A stretch of DNA of 64,000 nt from Antechinus flavipes (lineage: Eukaryota), in NCBI RefSeq assembly GCF_016432865.1, contig NC_067398.1:373488001-373552000 (forward strand), written 5' to 3'. The notes below the pieces were generated by a model. That model searched no databases. It was not told the origin of the DNA and saw only the letters and a list, made by a program, of their open reading frames with translations. This document shows, piece after piece, positions 38,560 to 52,653 of the stretch. The first letter of the stretch is position 1; every line of letters starts with the position of its first letter. Position numbers and translations under genes: made by a program.

Positions 38560-38830
38560 GGACTACAAATTTAAAATAGGAAAGGATCTCAGATATTACC
38601 TCAGTTAATTCTCTCATTTTACAAATGAGAAAACTAAGGTCAAAAAAGGATAACTGATTTTTTTCCACAATCTAACAAAGCAGTCAACATTAGAAGTGGA
38701 ATTTGAGTCTAGTTCTTCTGACTGCAGAATTAGGGCATATTCAATTTCATCCATCTCTCAATCTTCTAGAATCTCAGGTTTTCCAGAGAATTTTGGACTA
38801 GATAAGCTAGAATGTCTTTTTCAGCTTTGG
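38560..38830. mobile_element. MIR3/MIR fragments
   Basis: 'ctctcattttacaaatgagaaaact...gaatttgagtctagttcttctgact'. Confidence 0.6.
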
Positions 38831-40198
38831 ACCTATGAGCCAGTACGACTTGAGCCAGGCAACTAAGCCTACTGTGCCTTATAAGTGTCAGTCACTTGAC
38901 AATTAGTCAATATATGACTGCATTGCATTGTGACTGCTCATGGAATACTGAAATGGTCCAACTGTTTTTAATCATTATTTTCTCCCATGCTTTTATGTCC
39001 CAGATCTGACATTCTATGTTCTTCTGCTAACACAAAATCTCCCTTTTCATCTTATTTAAAGGGTGCTACAGTTAGTTTGAGATAACTAACTTTTAAATTT
39101 TCATGTTCTGAGAATTTACACCTTGGAAATCAGCAAACACTACAAATCAGGGTTAAAATCATTTTGTTGATGGTGTAGACTTCTAAAAAGATGGGGGAAA
39201 TGATTAAAATAAAGATTACATTTAAAATGTCTTGCATTTTCAAAGAACTTATTGGTAAGCCTATAACCTTGTATTTCTGAGAAACCTATAGACTTCTAGG
39301 GGAACTCATTATTTCCTCTAAAATTAAAAAAAATATCTCTAAGGTTTCAATTTAGATTATAAACCACTTGAGGATAGGAATTGTGTCCTTGTTACTGTTA
39401 GGCCCAATTATCACATAATTCATAGCTAGTGCTATATAATTGCTGACTTGAGAAGGAAAATGACTTTAAATTATAGTACCAGTGAGACTTGGAGACTTTA
39501 TCCATAAGCAAAACACCAAAGTTCTGAGTGATTTGAAGGGACAAGTCTCCAGCCTCTCCCTCATCCATCCCTATATAGCTCCACACTGACTGAGGGAAGG
39601 GATACCTAGAGATGAAGATACACCAGTATGTTTAAATATATCACAAAACAATTTCCACTGTTTCCCATCAGAGCCCTCATCTCATTCTGAGCAAAATAAG
39701 CAATATGACTGACAAGCAAGGAACTTTGCCAATCCATTTCTACAGACACTTCAATTTGAACTACAGTATAATCATACAAAGAATCAGATTGAACAGTTTT
39801 TTCTCTCAAATAGTGAATATCTAGACATAGAATGGATCTGTTTAGCATATGTTCTTTGTCTGTCTATGCATTTTGTTTGAAAACTCAGAGGCACAAATTT
39901 GCAGCAAATGGATCACAGATCTGCAGATTAGAAATATCTTTTAAAAAATAACTACTCTTTTCACCTTACTACAATGGTATTGAAATACATTTGTATGTAT
40001 ATATGCATAAATATAAATATACATAATATTCATATATAATATTCAAATATAATAATACATTATAAGATACATTAATACATATGATACATTATATATCAAT
40101 ACATATATAAAATATTGCAATAGTTATCAAATAGAAAACTGTTGAACTTTCAAATGACTTATTAATTATCTGCATATTTAAAAAAATTTTTTTCCTGA

Positions 40199-40375
40199 AT
40201 AAAGAAAAGATGGCCATTCATGAATATAATTTCTTCTACTAATATATATATATTTTTTCTTAATTGTTATTTGTTATTATATATTTTGAACCCTCCCTGA
40301 TGTTCTGCTGATCACATGATAATGTTCTCTTTTGTTTCATTTCATTTTGTTTTGTTTTTGTTTGTTTTTTATAAA
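40199..40375 (+). mobile_element. 3' end of the same HAL1-like family as 17080-18116
   Basis: Shares 'ttttgaa..ct.cctgatgttctgctg...tgataatgttctct' with 17880-18080. Confidence 0.7.
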
Positions 40376-40569
40376 CATTATTTTCACTTTCAATATTTTT
40401 TTTTCAACTATGCTGTAAGGTTGAAAATACTATTGTCTTCATTTTCAGGTTAGGGAAGTGAAGGTCAGAGACTAGGAAAATGAAGAAACAAACAAAGAAA
40501 AAATTTCTGACCATTGAAAGTTACTATGGTGACAACAACAACGACAATAACAATAACAATAAACAAACA

Positions 40570-40960
40570 AACCTGGAAAGTCCTTCATGAACTGAAACAA
40601 AGCAAAATATACAAAGTTAACAGTAATAGTCTGGAATGACTATCTGTAAATATCTTTATTCTAAAGGTCTTAAGCTGAAAAATCTTTATCCATAGCTAGA
40701 AAAGGAACTGATTGTGTCTGAATACAATTGAAGCACTATCTCTTTCTCTCCCTCTCTCTCTCTTTTTTTAAACCTTATTTTTATGGAGGTTTTTATTTTC
40801 ATTAGGGTGGAAGATCTATGTTTTCTTTCACAATATAACTTTCATGGAAATGTTTTGCATTTATCTGTGGTTTTTTAATTGTAAATGGGGATAAGAGAGA
40901 ATTTAAAACTCAAAAAATTTAAAAACAAATGTAAAAATGTTTTAAATGTAACTGCAGAAA
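40570..40960 (+). mobile_element. Old marsupial L1 3' end
   Basis: 'ctggaaagtccttcatgaactga' (end of ORF2, cf. DLHELM) followed by 3' UTR and A-rich tail. Confidence 0.65.
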
Positions 40961-42215
40961 ATATTAAAAATATACAAATCAAATACACACACAAAAAAGT
41001 TTTCAAATGGATTAAATTAATGTTACTTAAACTCAGAAGGTAGACCAGGAATAATAGATGGAAGTTGCATAGACAAATTTAAAGTGGATAAACAGGCAAT
41101 TTACTAATTATCCATCCAAAAAGGGACTGAGTAGACAAGGAAATTTATAAGTTTTTAAACACCATAGAACTACAATGTGAATACCAGAAGTCTCCAAACA
41201 AATTAACTAATACTATAGATGTTCAAAAATTGGCCATCTCAGATACTGGCTCTGCTGCATCATTTTAAAAAATCCAACTCTCTATTATTTAACCATCTAG
41301 CTATTATATATGTCTCCATCTATAATATTTCTCTCTATCATCCATCTCTTTATTATCTCCCTCCCCTCTTACCCTTTTCTTTTCCTTCTCTCTCCCCTTC
41401 TCACTTTTTCACTACTCCATCAACAATGCATTAGTGTCTCAGTTTTCCCACATCCCTTCCAACATGTATAATTGTCTTTTCCTATCATCTTAGCCACAAA
41501 ATTGTTTTAATTTTCATTTCTCTAATCAATAAATATTTAAAGAATTATTTTCATATGATTGTAGATGTTTTTGTTTTTATTATCTGAAAATTGTTCTTAT
41601 CATTTGAACATGTATCAATTAGGGAATGACTTGATTTCTTATAAATTTGATACAATATTCTATATATTTTAGAAATGAAACCTTTATTAGAAAGACTGGT
41701 TGTAAATCTCCCTTCCCTCTCCCCCACCAGCTTTGTATTTCCATTTTAATCTTGTTTATTTAGTTTTGTTTGTTCCAAAACTTTTCAATTTAATGTAATC
41801 AAAGTTGTCCATTTTGTCTTTTATAATATTCTCTAATTCTTCTTGGATTATAAATTCCTCTCTTCTCCACAGATCTGATAGGTAAATTATCTCTTGATCT
41901 CCTAATTTGCTTATAGTATAACCCTTTATGCCTAAATCATGTACCCATCTTGACCTTATTTTGGTATGAGGTATGAGGTCTATGCCAAATTTCTGACAAA
42001 TTATTTTCTTGTGTTCCCAGCAATTTTTGAAAAATAGTGAGTTTTTATCCCAGAATCTGGAGTTTAGGGATTTATCAAATTGTTAGATTATTGTAGGCCT
42101 TGATTATTCTATGCTACTGATCCACCATTCTACTTCTTAGTCAGTCCTAAGCATGGTTTTGATGGCTGCTGCATTGTAATATAGTTTTAGGTCTGGTGCT
42201 ACTAAGCCACCATCC

Positions 42216-42217
<2 letters not shown>

Positions 42218-42259
<42 letters not shown>
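42218..42259 (+). repeat. (TG)21 microsatellite inside L1 ORF2
   Basis: Direct reading. Confidence 0.99.
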
Positions 42260-42262
<3 letters not shown>

Positions 42263-45108
42263 CCCATTAATTACCTTGACATTTTTGACCTTTTCTTTTT
42301 TCAGATGAATTTTATTAATATTATTTTTTTAGTCCTAGAAAATATTTTTGGCAGTTAAATTGGTACATCACTGAACAGATAGATCAATTTAGCTTGGGTT
42401 ATCATTTTTTAGCTCTGCCTACCTATGAATAACTAATATTTTTTCATTTGTTTAGAGATGACTTTATTTGTGTAAGGAATGTTTTATAATTGTCTTCATA
42501 TACACCCTAAGTTTATCTTAGCAGGTAGACACCCAAATATTTTCTTTTGTCTACAGTTATTTTTAATGGAATTTCTCTATCTCTTGCTGCTAGGCTTTAT
42601 CAGTAATATATAGAAATGCTGATGATTTGTGTGGGTTTATTTTATATCCTCCAACTTTGTTAATGTTGTGAAATATGTCAAATAGATTTTTGGATGATTT
42701 TCTAGAATTTTTTAAATATATCATCATTTCCTCTGCAAAGACTGATAGTTTTATGTCCTCATTGCCTATTCTAATGGCTTTAATTTCTTTTTCTTATTGC
42801 TAAAGCCAACATTTCTAGGACAATGTTGAATAATAGTGGTGATAATAGATATCCTTGTTTCACACCTGATCTTATTGGGAAATACATCCAGCTTCTCTAA
42901 TACTTGCTGTTGGTTTTAGATAGATACAGCTTATTATTTTAAGGAAAGCTCCCTTCAACACCATGTTCCCTATAGGAAGGGTGCTGTGTTTTGTCTAAAG
43001 CTTTTTCTGTATCTATAAAGAATATCATATCAGTTCTGTTTTTTTTTTTCTTATTGATATGGCTGACTATTCCTGATATTGAACCAGTCTTGCATTACTG
43101 TTACAAATTCCATATGTTCATACTGTGTTATCCTGCTGCTAAATTGCTAATAAAAAAAAAAGATATCTTTGATAATAATAAACTAATTAGTTTAATTATT
43201 TAATTATTTTTATAACAATATTTATTAGGTGGATTAGTCTCTAATTTTCTTACTCTGTTTTGGCTCTTCCTAATATAGGTATCAATAATATTTTCGTCAT
43301 AGAAGGAATTTGATAGTATTCTTACTGAACCCATTTTCCCAAATAGTTTACATAGAACTGGAAATAATTGTTCTTTAAATATTTGATAGAATTCTCTTGG
43401 AAATCCATAAGAATTTTTCTTAGAGAGTTCATTGGTGTCTTCTTCAATTCTTTTAAAAATGAGATTATTTAAGTAATGTATTTCCTCTTCTGCTCATCTG
43501 AGCAATTTATATATTTTTAAATATTCATCCATTTTACTTAGATTGCCAAATTTGATACCATAGAGTTAGGCAAAATAGCTAATTTTGCTTTAATTCCTTT
43601 TTCATTCACCCTTTTCTTTTTTGATGTCGGTGATATTTTTTTTTCCTTTTTCTAATCAAATTAATCAAAAGTTTCTCTATTTTGTTGGTTTTTTCATAAA
43701 ACCAACTTTTAGTTTTATTAACTAATCCATTTGTTTTCTTGGTAGATTCTACTTTATTATTCTCTGTTTTGAGTTTCACAATTTCTAATTTGGTATTTAA
43801 TTGGAGGCTTTTATTTTGTTTGTTTATTTTTAGCTTTTTTACTTGCATGCCCAATTCCTTTATCTCCTCTCTCTCTATTTTATTCATTTAGCTATTCCAA
43901 GATATAAAGTTTCCCCTAAAAACTATTTTGGCTGCTTCCCATTGGTATATTGTCATTATTATCATTCTCTTGGATAAAATTATGGATTGTTGCTGTGATT
44001 TGTTGTTTGACCACTCATTCTTTAGAATTAGATTATTTAATTCCAATTGATTTTTAGTCTATCTTTACTGAATAATTTCCATTGCATTGTGATCCAAAAA
44101 AGAAGCATTTACTTTTTCTGCCTTTCTGCATTTGATTATAAGGTTTTTATGTCTTAACACATAGTTAATTTTTGTGTAGATGCCATGTAATTCTGTGAAA
44201 AAGGAGTATTCCTTTCTGCCTCTAATCAATTTTCTCTAGATGTCTACAATATCTAAGTTTTCTAGGATTTTACTAACCTCCCTAGTTTCTTTCTTGTTTA
44301 TTTTGTGGTTAGATTTATCTGATTTTAAGTGGAAAAATTGAGGTCCCCCATTAATACAATTTTGCTATCTATTTCTTATTGTAATTGGCTTAATATGTTT
44401 TCTAGAAATTTGTATGCTTTACCATTTGGTGCATACACATTTAATATATTTACTACATTTTTTTATGGTACATTTTTTCAAGATGTACTTTCCTTTTTTA
44501 TCTCTTTTAATAAGATCTATTGTTTACTTTGCTTTATCTGAGATCAGAATTGCTACCTCTGAATTTTTTACTTCAGCTGAAGCATAATAAATTCTGCTAC
44601 AATCCTTTACCTTTATTCTGTATGTATCTTTCTATTTCAAATATGTTTTTTGTAAACAATAAATATTGTAAGATTCTGTTTTTAAATCTACTCTTCTTTC
44701 ATTTCTGTTTTGTGAGAGAAGCCATCCCATTCACATTCAGGTTTATGATTACCATCTCTATATTTCCTTCCATCCTATTTTCTTTCCTACATATACTTCT
44801 GTTCTTTCTTTGCACCCTGCCCTTAGTAGTGTTGTTGTTGTTGTTGTTTTTTTTTTTTTTTGATCCTCCTCACTCATTACCTTATCTTCTATCACCCTTC
44901 CTTTCTTCTTTTAATGTTTTTTTCTCTAGTGTTTCTCTCCTCCCTTCTATTCAGCTCCTCCCTTTTTTTTTTCCCATTTTCTCTCCTAATTTTTATAAGA
45001 TTTGAAAAATTTCTACACCCAAATGTATGATTAAGTTATTCCCACTTTGAGACAAAACTGATGAGATAAAGCTAATCTTCTCTTCTTTTCTTTGATTATA
45101 ATATATAA

Positions 45109-45504
45109 TGTCCAGGCCAGCTCTTTGGAGGGCCTCAAGATCAGTCAGGGTCAGGATCAGTCAGAGTCCTTGGTTTTTAGGAGGAGAAGTGAAGGAGGTA
45201 GGCAAGCTGCCACATGGCTCGTTAAAGATGTATCCTGGATTCTGAAGTCTGGAGCCTGAAGTCTTCCCTGCTGAGGGCACTGCGGCAGAGAGACTCTGAC
45301 TCTCTCCCCAGCCCTCCAGTCCTTCCCTATAATTACCTTACCACAACACATTCAGCAGCTGTCAATCATGGAGAGTCATCACATCACCATATCATCTAAG
45401 TATATGTTTATAGAACCATTATCTCACATTGAGTAGGTACTTAGCCTTAAGTACTCTGCTGTTCTGGATTCAAGTACACCTTTTCAGAGTTACAGCCCTC
45501 CATA
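45109..45504 (-). mobile_element. Solo LTR, 396 bp, inserted in the L1 spacer
   Basis: Minus strand begins tatggagggctgtaactctg and ends ...ggaca. Flanks ataa/gtaa give an imperfect TSD. L1 resumes on both sides. Confidence 0.75.
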
Positions 45505-47539
45505 GTAATAGGTCTTTTGTTCTTCTTCATGTGACATAGTTTGTCCCATTATACCTCATCTTTCCTCTTCCTTCTTTTCTGATTCTTGTTCCTTTCCTTT
45601 CCTTTTCTTTGGTATTTCTTTTTCTTTTATTTTTTAACTTTTAAGGCTGAGCTCTGCTTCTAGTCACTGTCCTATGCTTCCCATGCATCCCTGAGCCTTG
45701 ACTTTGAGCTCAGGGGCCCCTTGTATTTGCAGGTGGCAGCTTTATCTGATATTTCTGGGAAACAGCTTTAGTTTCCCAGAAATTGCCTTCTGAGCTGGGA
45801 TTGAGGACTGCCTTACTGGTTTGCTCTGCTACTGAGAGGGGATCAAGGATCTCAGTTGCTGATCTGCTGTGATTGAAGGGTCTCAGTTGCTGATCTGCTG
45901 TGATTGAGACCCTCCCTAGCCTTTTCCAGACTGTCTGAGCTGGGCTAAACACCTCTTTTTATGTTTTTCCAATCTACCTTGAGTTGGAGAATGTTTTTGT
46001 TTTGTTTTTTTTTCCATCAGACTCTGTTCAGAGGTTTAGCTTCATGTGGTTTTCAAAGGAAATTGGGAGAACTTGAGCAGCTTCATTCTGTCATCTTGCC
46101 TTCACCCCTGGAAGTCAATATTTGTTTAATTCTAATTATGTTTAGAAAGAAAAGCAGGAACCTTAAAAGAAATATGCCCAAAGACCTTGTAACAGATTGC
46201 ATTGATTTACTGTTTTGTAATTTACAAAGTACTTTCTACACATCAACCATAAATCTTAGGTAATATAAGCACAGTGATCCCCTTTTAATGAGGAAACTGA
46301 GGCCTGTCAGGTTAAGTGATTTTTTTCCCCCTATGTCACAGGCTAATAAATTGGGAGTGAAACCATGTTAGAAACTCAAATACTCTAACTCAAAGCAGAA
46401 GACTCATTCATTTTACAGAATTTCTGGTTACCTAAGAAAACTTTGGTAGTAGCCAATTTTATTAGCAGAGAATAGACCATAGCAAATATAGTTTGAGACA
46501 TTAAAGGATCTTTAGAATGTTCATGATTATGGACCAGAGTGAATGAAGATGAAAAACATGGACTAAAATAATTAGTATATGTTGTTGTTGTTGTTTTGGC
46601 TTATAGGTAATTGAAATACATGTGTCACTAAGCTGTGTAGAAGATTTTTTTTTTTTTTAGTAAATTCATTAATGAACAAATAATTTGCAAAACTTTTTAA
46701 AAACACAATGTGGAAAACGGTGGTGTAATTATACAATGGTTTAACATCTAAACTATATTAGATAAGCTATGATTTGATCATAATTATAAGAATGATAATA
46801 TGTTTACACTAGGTACATTTAGAGTACATTTTTAGTTCTATACCACTATTATACTATTTTAAAATGCTTTTCCCTTCTATTCTAATAGTAATATCTATCA
46901 GAATTTCCCTACTTCCAACAGAGGATAATTCCAGGCCCTTCCTGTTTCTCTGCTCTGATAGTGATTAGCTTTCCTTAGAAGTAAATAAAACTAGTTACTG
47001 GGAAAATGTAAGCCCCAACACAATATTCCTCAAGCCTGCAAGTGACTAGTACATCCTATTACTGAATGGTGACTAAAGGAATATAAAATCCAAGCTCAGT
47101 GGAGTCTAGGCCCCTCCTACTCAGGGTAATTCTGAAGATCATGCTCTCTCTGTTGCCATGTTTCACCATATCTTATTCTCATGTCCAGATTTATTTCCAT
47201 ATGCAGGAGAAATCATAGGTTCATAGATTTAGAGCTTGAAAGCATTTTAGAGGCTATCTGTCCCACCCTTCATTTTATAAATGTAGGAATAGAAACCCAG
47301 GGAGGTTGTTACTTACCCAAAGTCACTAAGCATGAATTGGAAGAGAAAGGATTCTGGCTCCACAACAAATGACCTTTATATAGTATTCTTATACTATAAT
47401 AGTATTCTTAATGAAGCAGCTAATATTGGGCTCTACCTTCTGTTTAAATCATTGACTTCTTGGTTCGTCTCTAAGTGGGTCTCATATCACAAACTTATTG
47501 ATTATCTTGAACTGATTAATTGAAATTATTGATTATCTT

Positions 47540-48460
47540 ATTGAAATGTTACCTCATAACATTTTTAAATTCAACACATCCAAATAGATTTCAATATCTT
47601 TCCCAACAAATCCTCCCCCTTTGGAAATTTCTTTATTACTACTGAATGTACCATCATCTTTACAGATTCATACCATCAGTGTCATTTCTACTCTCAGTCA
47701 CCCCACATATAAAGGTCTGAAACTCTTGAGTTAATGCACTGAGATTGGAAGACCAAGCACTTAAGGCTAATTACCAGTTGGATAATACTCTATGGGCATA
47801 TGTTTGGAAAATGGCCCTTCTCACTATCCTGAGCTGGCTCGATAATTGGTGTATACAGAGAATTGTAAGAGGGACTAGGGGGTGCAGTAAGACTAGCCAG
47901 AGTCACTTTTGGGTGGGAGACTAAGATTCCTGTGTCCATTCCCTCCACTTCTACCCTTAAAGAACAAGAAAAAAGACCAAGGACTTTTGCTTATCCTGAC
48001 TCCGGCTGATTCTAAGGTATCCAGGTTGCTAACTCGGTCTTCACACCATATAGTAATGATGTTTTTAAATCCTCCTGGTTCTATCTTTGTAACACTTCTC
48101 ATCATACACATGCCATTCTCCTCTCTTAGAATAGTCAGTACCCTGGTATAGTGTTCATTGTCTAATTCTTTATTGTAATAAGCTTGCTTTTTGGTCTCCT
48201 GCCTCATATCTCTTCTCATTCCAGTTTATCCTTCACTCAGCTTTCAAAGTGATCGTCCTAAAGTGAATCTGACCATATCATGTTCTCCCTACTCCACAGT
48301 AAGGAAACTCCATTAGTTCTCTATTAACCTACAGGATCAAATATAAAATCATTTTTTTATTTTTTTGCTATTTAAATCCTCTCACAATCTGATCCCTTTT
48401 TATCTTTCTATTTTTTATATACCTACTGCCTTCTGTTTATATGACAATTGTGGATGGCTT
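47540..48460 (+). mobile_element. LINE-2 interrupted by a solo LTR
   Basis: L2 motifs 'caacacatccaaat...ctctcagtcaccccaca' and 'ccagtttatccttcactcagct...caggatcaaatataaaat'. Confidence 0.8.
47708..48045 (+). mobile_element. Solo LTR, 338 bp, related to 45109-45504
   Basis: Begins tataaaggtctgaaactc and ends cttcaca. Candidate 5-bp TSD ccaca/ccata. Shares 'acttaaggctaa.tacc' and 'accaaggact' with the other LTR. Confidence 0.75.
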
Positions 48461-48502
48461 GGTAATAGTCTCGGCAATAGCAAGATCCCTAAGAATATCA
48501 AG

Positions 48503-48756
48503 TCTAGTTAGCTGACACAGTGGATAGAATTCTACATCTAAAGTCAAGAAGACTCATTTTCTTGACTCCAATCTGACCTTAGATACTTATCACCTGTATG
48601 ATTCTGGGCAAGTCACTTAACCTTGTTTGCTTAGTTTCCTCATTCAGAAAATGAGCTAGAGAAGGAAATGGTAAATCACTCCAATATCATTACCAAGAAA
48701 GCCCCAAATAGGGTTATGAAAAATTGGATATGACCAAAATGACATCAATAACAAAA
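48503..48756 (+). mobile_element. MAR1-type SINE
   Basis: Head, CORE and 'gagctagagaaggaaatggtaaatcactccaatatc' tail. Confidence 0.85.
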
Positions 48757-49179
48757 GTATCAAACTTGTCTTGAGGTTTATATTGAGTTTAGCAGCATGG
48801 GTACAGACTTCCCAAAGTGATTTTTCATAGGGCTTATATGTGCTTAAACAAGTGGCTTAGGAAAAAAAAAAAAAAAAAAAAAAAGAATTGAGAGCTGGAT
48901 TAAATAAAATATTTATGTCCTAAGTGGTCAAATTGATTTCTTAGAATCAGGGAACCTTTGCAATTTCCCAGGACAGATGGTATCACAACGGGATGTTCTT
49001 GGGGAATGGTTAACAGATTGGAGAACATGGCAAAGAGGGCCTCTTATTGGACAGCTAAAGCTTGACAGAAGATGGAAGAAACTGTGCTGAGCTGTCCATC
49101 ATTGAAGGAGTGCTAATCAGTTTGTGATCCACACAATTTAGATACACTAATCTTGCTAGAAACACATTCTGTCTTCCAA

Positions 49180-49560
49180 CTCCATTGCCTTTTAATTCCC
49201 TGACCCCCATACCTAGAATCTTCACCATCCTGTTTTCCATGTCCTGATTTTTCTACCTTTTTGCTAAACTCAGCTCAAAACTAATCTGGGTGCAATAACC
49301 TTTGCAGAAACCCCATCCTATTCCCCACTGGCAGTGCCTTCCTTTGAAATTATCATATTTGTGTTTCTACTTATCTTCTATCCTCTACTTATCTTATTTG
49401 TATATAGATATTTTATCTTCTATTTATTTTATCTTATTGTATGTAGACATTTTTACATTGTTTCCTCCAATAAAATGTGAGCTTCTTGGATGCAGGAACA
49501 TATTGTCTTATTTTATATCCCTAGTGCTTAACACCTAGTAAGTGCTTAATGAATATTCTT
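49180..49560 (+). mobile_element. LINE-2 3' end
   Basis: 'aaaatgtgagcttcttgga..cagga...gtaagtgcttaatgaata' terminus. Confidence 0.8.
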
Positions 49561-50734
49561 GACCATTTCAACTATATTCTGCAACATTTATAAAACACCC
49601 AATTGTTATTATATAGTAGAATATGTAGATACATACACACACACACACACACACATATAATATATAAATACACACACACACACACATATACTTGTGTATA
49701 TATAATGTCTATTGTGTTCTCCCAAATAAAACTTTAAAATATATCAGTGGATCTATAATGATAAAAATGTAATAGCTTATTATAAAGATGCAGATTGAGA
49801 TTCAAGATAGCACATCAAGCTAAAAAAAAGCTCCTATTAGGAATTATTTCTTTAGTCTCCTTGTACAATGTCCTTAAATAAACTCTCTTTCCCATTGTGT
49901 ATATTAATAATCTAATATCACAATCCTGGATAGAACTATATGTGGCTAATTAATTAACCATATTTTCATTCAAATGATTCTTTGAAGGAAGAAGAGAAAG
50001 GAAATAGCTTTAATTTATTTCTGTGTAATCAGACCAAGTCAAGTTAATTTCTATGTGGTAGCCCACAACTCAAAATATTGGATTTCTAACATGAAATGTT
50101 TTTCATTTTTCATGCATAAATACAGATTGCCCATATGTTCTGGTAAAAGAGTTCAGGGGCTATCATTGAAGGGACTCTGATCATCAAGCCACCTCATCGG
50201 GGTTCAATACTACTGTCACAGGGAGATGGAGGACCCTTCAGCATGGTAGTGAAGTATTCACTAGGCATTATTGCTACTTAGCCACTAGAAAGGGTACCTC
50301 TGTGGGAAATGGTTCCCTGATTATTCCATCTCAAACACAGAAAATAACCTTCTACTTAGATGCCCCAATTAAGTCTATTGAAATCAGGCAGCACAGGAAA
50401 AAGCAGAATTGATTCTCTTCATTTAGTCATTGTTATATTAAAAAAAAAGTAATGGAACATCTGTCATGTGGTGTATTTAAAATACAAAAGTTCCTTTTGT
50501 ATCATTCCACATAAAGCCTTTCTTTCCAGAAGGAGATCAGGGCAGTGCCCTAATTGCTCAGCATCTTCTTTGATGGCACAGCTCACTAGATTGTGCTATG
50601 CTATTTTCCCATCTATAATACCACCCCCACTTTACCTCTATGACCCAATAGTACTTCATAAGATAATGGCTCTTCAGGGCCTTCCCTCGACAACTGAAGC
50701 GACACAGATCATGCTTGGAATAGCCAAATTAGAA

Positions 50735-50900
50735 TAGGAAATTTTTAGAACTTGAGGGAGGCCTCAGAGACCAGCTTATCCAACCATTTGTCCCACAGCC
50801 TTCTTTTTGCAGATGAATAAATTGAGGCTCAGAGACCTTAAAAAGATTTGCTTAACACCATTACTTAGTGGCAGAGCCAGGAAGACAAACAAACAAAACA
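50735..50900 (-). mobile_element. MIR3
   Basis: 'tttagaacttgagggaggcctcagaga...gcagatgaataaattgaggctcagaga'. Confidence 0.7.
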
Positions 50901-51289
50901 ACAAAAATCAGGTTTCCAAATTTCTAAATAGTTACTTTTATTATTATTATTATTATTTTGTATTGCTTCTTTAGAACATCTCAATCTACATTGGAAATTA
51001 TCTCCTTTAATTGATTAACAACATCCTATGCTTATCTTTTAATATATAATTTTAAAAGAGACACATGTTTGCTTGGTCAAGGAATCAATTTGTTTCAAAC
51101 TCTAATACTACCATAATGTTGGTAATTATTGAAAAAAGAAACAAATATGACAATAAAAAATGGTTGTGATATTGAGGCAAAAATGACAGAAATGTAGGAT
51201 TGGACAGGAATAAATTAGTTCATCTCCTATCTCTATTATGAGTCTCACTTATAAGGAACCCAAGAAATAAAGTATTCATATACTTTTCA

Positions 51290-51480
51290 GGTACTGAGGG
51301 ATTCAATGACTTTGAGGAAATTCATTCTGCTTTTGACTAACTTTACTTCTGAGATTATCTTTCCCTTAATATGAGGAAGATTCTGCTGACCTGATAATCT
51401 TAATTCTACTGTCCAAGCCTTAATAGAAAAAAGATTTATCATTTTTTCCATGTAACAATCCTTAAAATATTTGAATAAAG
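51290..51480 (-). mobile_element. L3/CR1 3' fragment
   Basis: 'gaggaaattcattct...ccatgtaacaatccttaaaatatttgaa'. Confidence 0.6.
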
Positions 51481-52340
51481 ATATGTATAGATATGCACAT
51501 ATATACATATATATATATATATAAATACATATCCATATATGTATTCTCAATAAGTCTTATTTCTTTATATACATAGTTCCTTTAACCATTTTTTTCATGG
51601 CTTAGTTTCAATTATTTTCACAACCCTAATCAACCTCCTCAGGATGCATACCATCTTGGCAATAGTCATTTTAAACCATGGTTTCAGAAAGGGAATTGTC
51701 TTCCAAATAGGAGCTGCTCAACTTAAAGTACAGAAGGAATATGGCCTCCATTCTCAAAATAATATCCTATATTAATGGAGCTTAAGATGATATTAAACAC
51801 TTTGTTTGTCCCACTGAATCGATCTCCTATTGAATTTGTCACTTATGAGATATTTAGGTCTTTTTCAAATGAACTGATTTGTATCCCGTGCCCTCCCCCT
51901 CATCTACACACACTGAGACACACAGACATACACACATAGACACATACATATACATAACTATATGATGCCTATATATGTATAATTTACTTTTTAAACCCAG
52001 ATGAAGTATTTTCTTCCCTGTTTTTTTATTTTACCCACTATTTTAACTTGTCAAAATCTTTTGGGATCTCAATTCCCCTTAGCTTCCTATCTTCCACAAG
52101 ACACATTACTTACAATGCTCCTCTTTCCTTTGACTATACACAAAGAGTTCCCAAAGCCTGTTTTAATCTGTATTCCATTAGTCTGTGCCTACCAAAAATA
52201 TAATTGAGGTAACTTTTTAATCTGAAATATTTTGGAGTCTCTTAAAAATGGTTTCCAATAATATAATTTGACATAATTATGTCATATCATACAGATAATT
52301 TATATAAGGCTATTTTTCAAGAATTACTCTCTGATCAAAG

Positions 52341-52653
52341 CAGCTACACCCAAAGAAAGAACACTGGAAAATGAATATAAACTGCTTGCATTTTTGTTTT
52401 TCTCCCCAGGTTATTTATACCTTCTGAATCCAATTCTCCTTGTGCAACAAGAGAACTGTTCAGTTCTGCACACATATATTGTATCTAGGATATACTGTAA
52501 CCTATTCAACATGTAAAGGACTGCTTGCCATCTGGGGGAGGGGGTGGAGGGAGGGAGGGAAAAATCAGAACAGAAGTGAGTGCAAGGGATAATGTTGTAA
52601 AAAATTACCCTGGCATGGGTTCTGTCAATAAAAAGTTATTTAAAGAATAAAAA
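52341..52653 (+). mobile_element. Short 5'-truncated young L1 (3' UTR only), 313 bp
   Basis: 22-bp TSD aaga(a/g)ttactctctgatcaaag (52319-52340 and 52654-52675, one mismatch). Homologous to the 3' UTR at 3760-4050, with a different terminal about 45 bp, suggesting another subfamily. Confidence 0.93.

Larger units (their letters stand above)
41410..46117 (-). mobile_element. Old L1: most of ORF2 (degraded), spacer and 5' UTR, with ORF1 absent. Interrupted by an LTR and (TG)21.
   Basis: ORF2 start MVIINLNVNGM near 44755. Continuous degraded ORF2 down to about 41410. 5' terminus ggaagtc at about 46117. Confidence 0.9.

Noticed and set aside
44520-45005. 161-aa hydrophobic ORF that looks membrane-like
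   Set aside because: It is the T-rich antisense strand of the L1 endonuclease start and spacer.
48863-48884. A22 run as the tail of a retrocopy
   Set aside because: No TSD and no recognisable mRNA or SINE body directly upstream.
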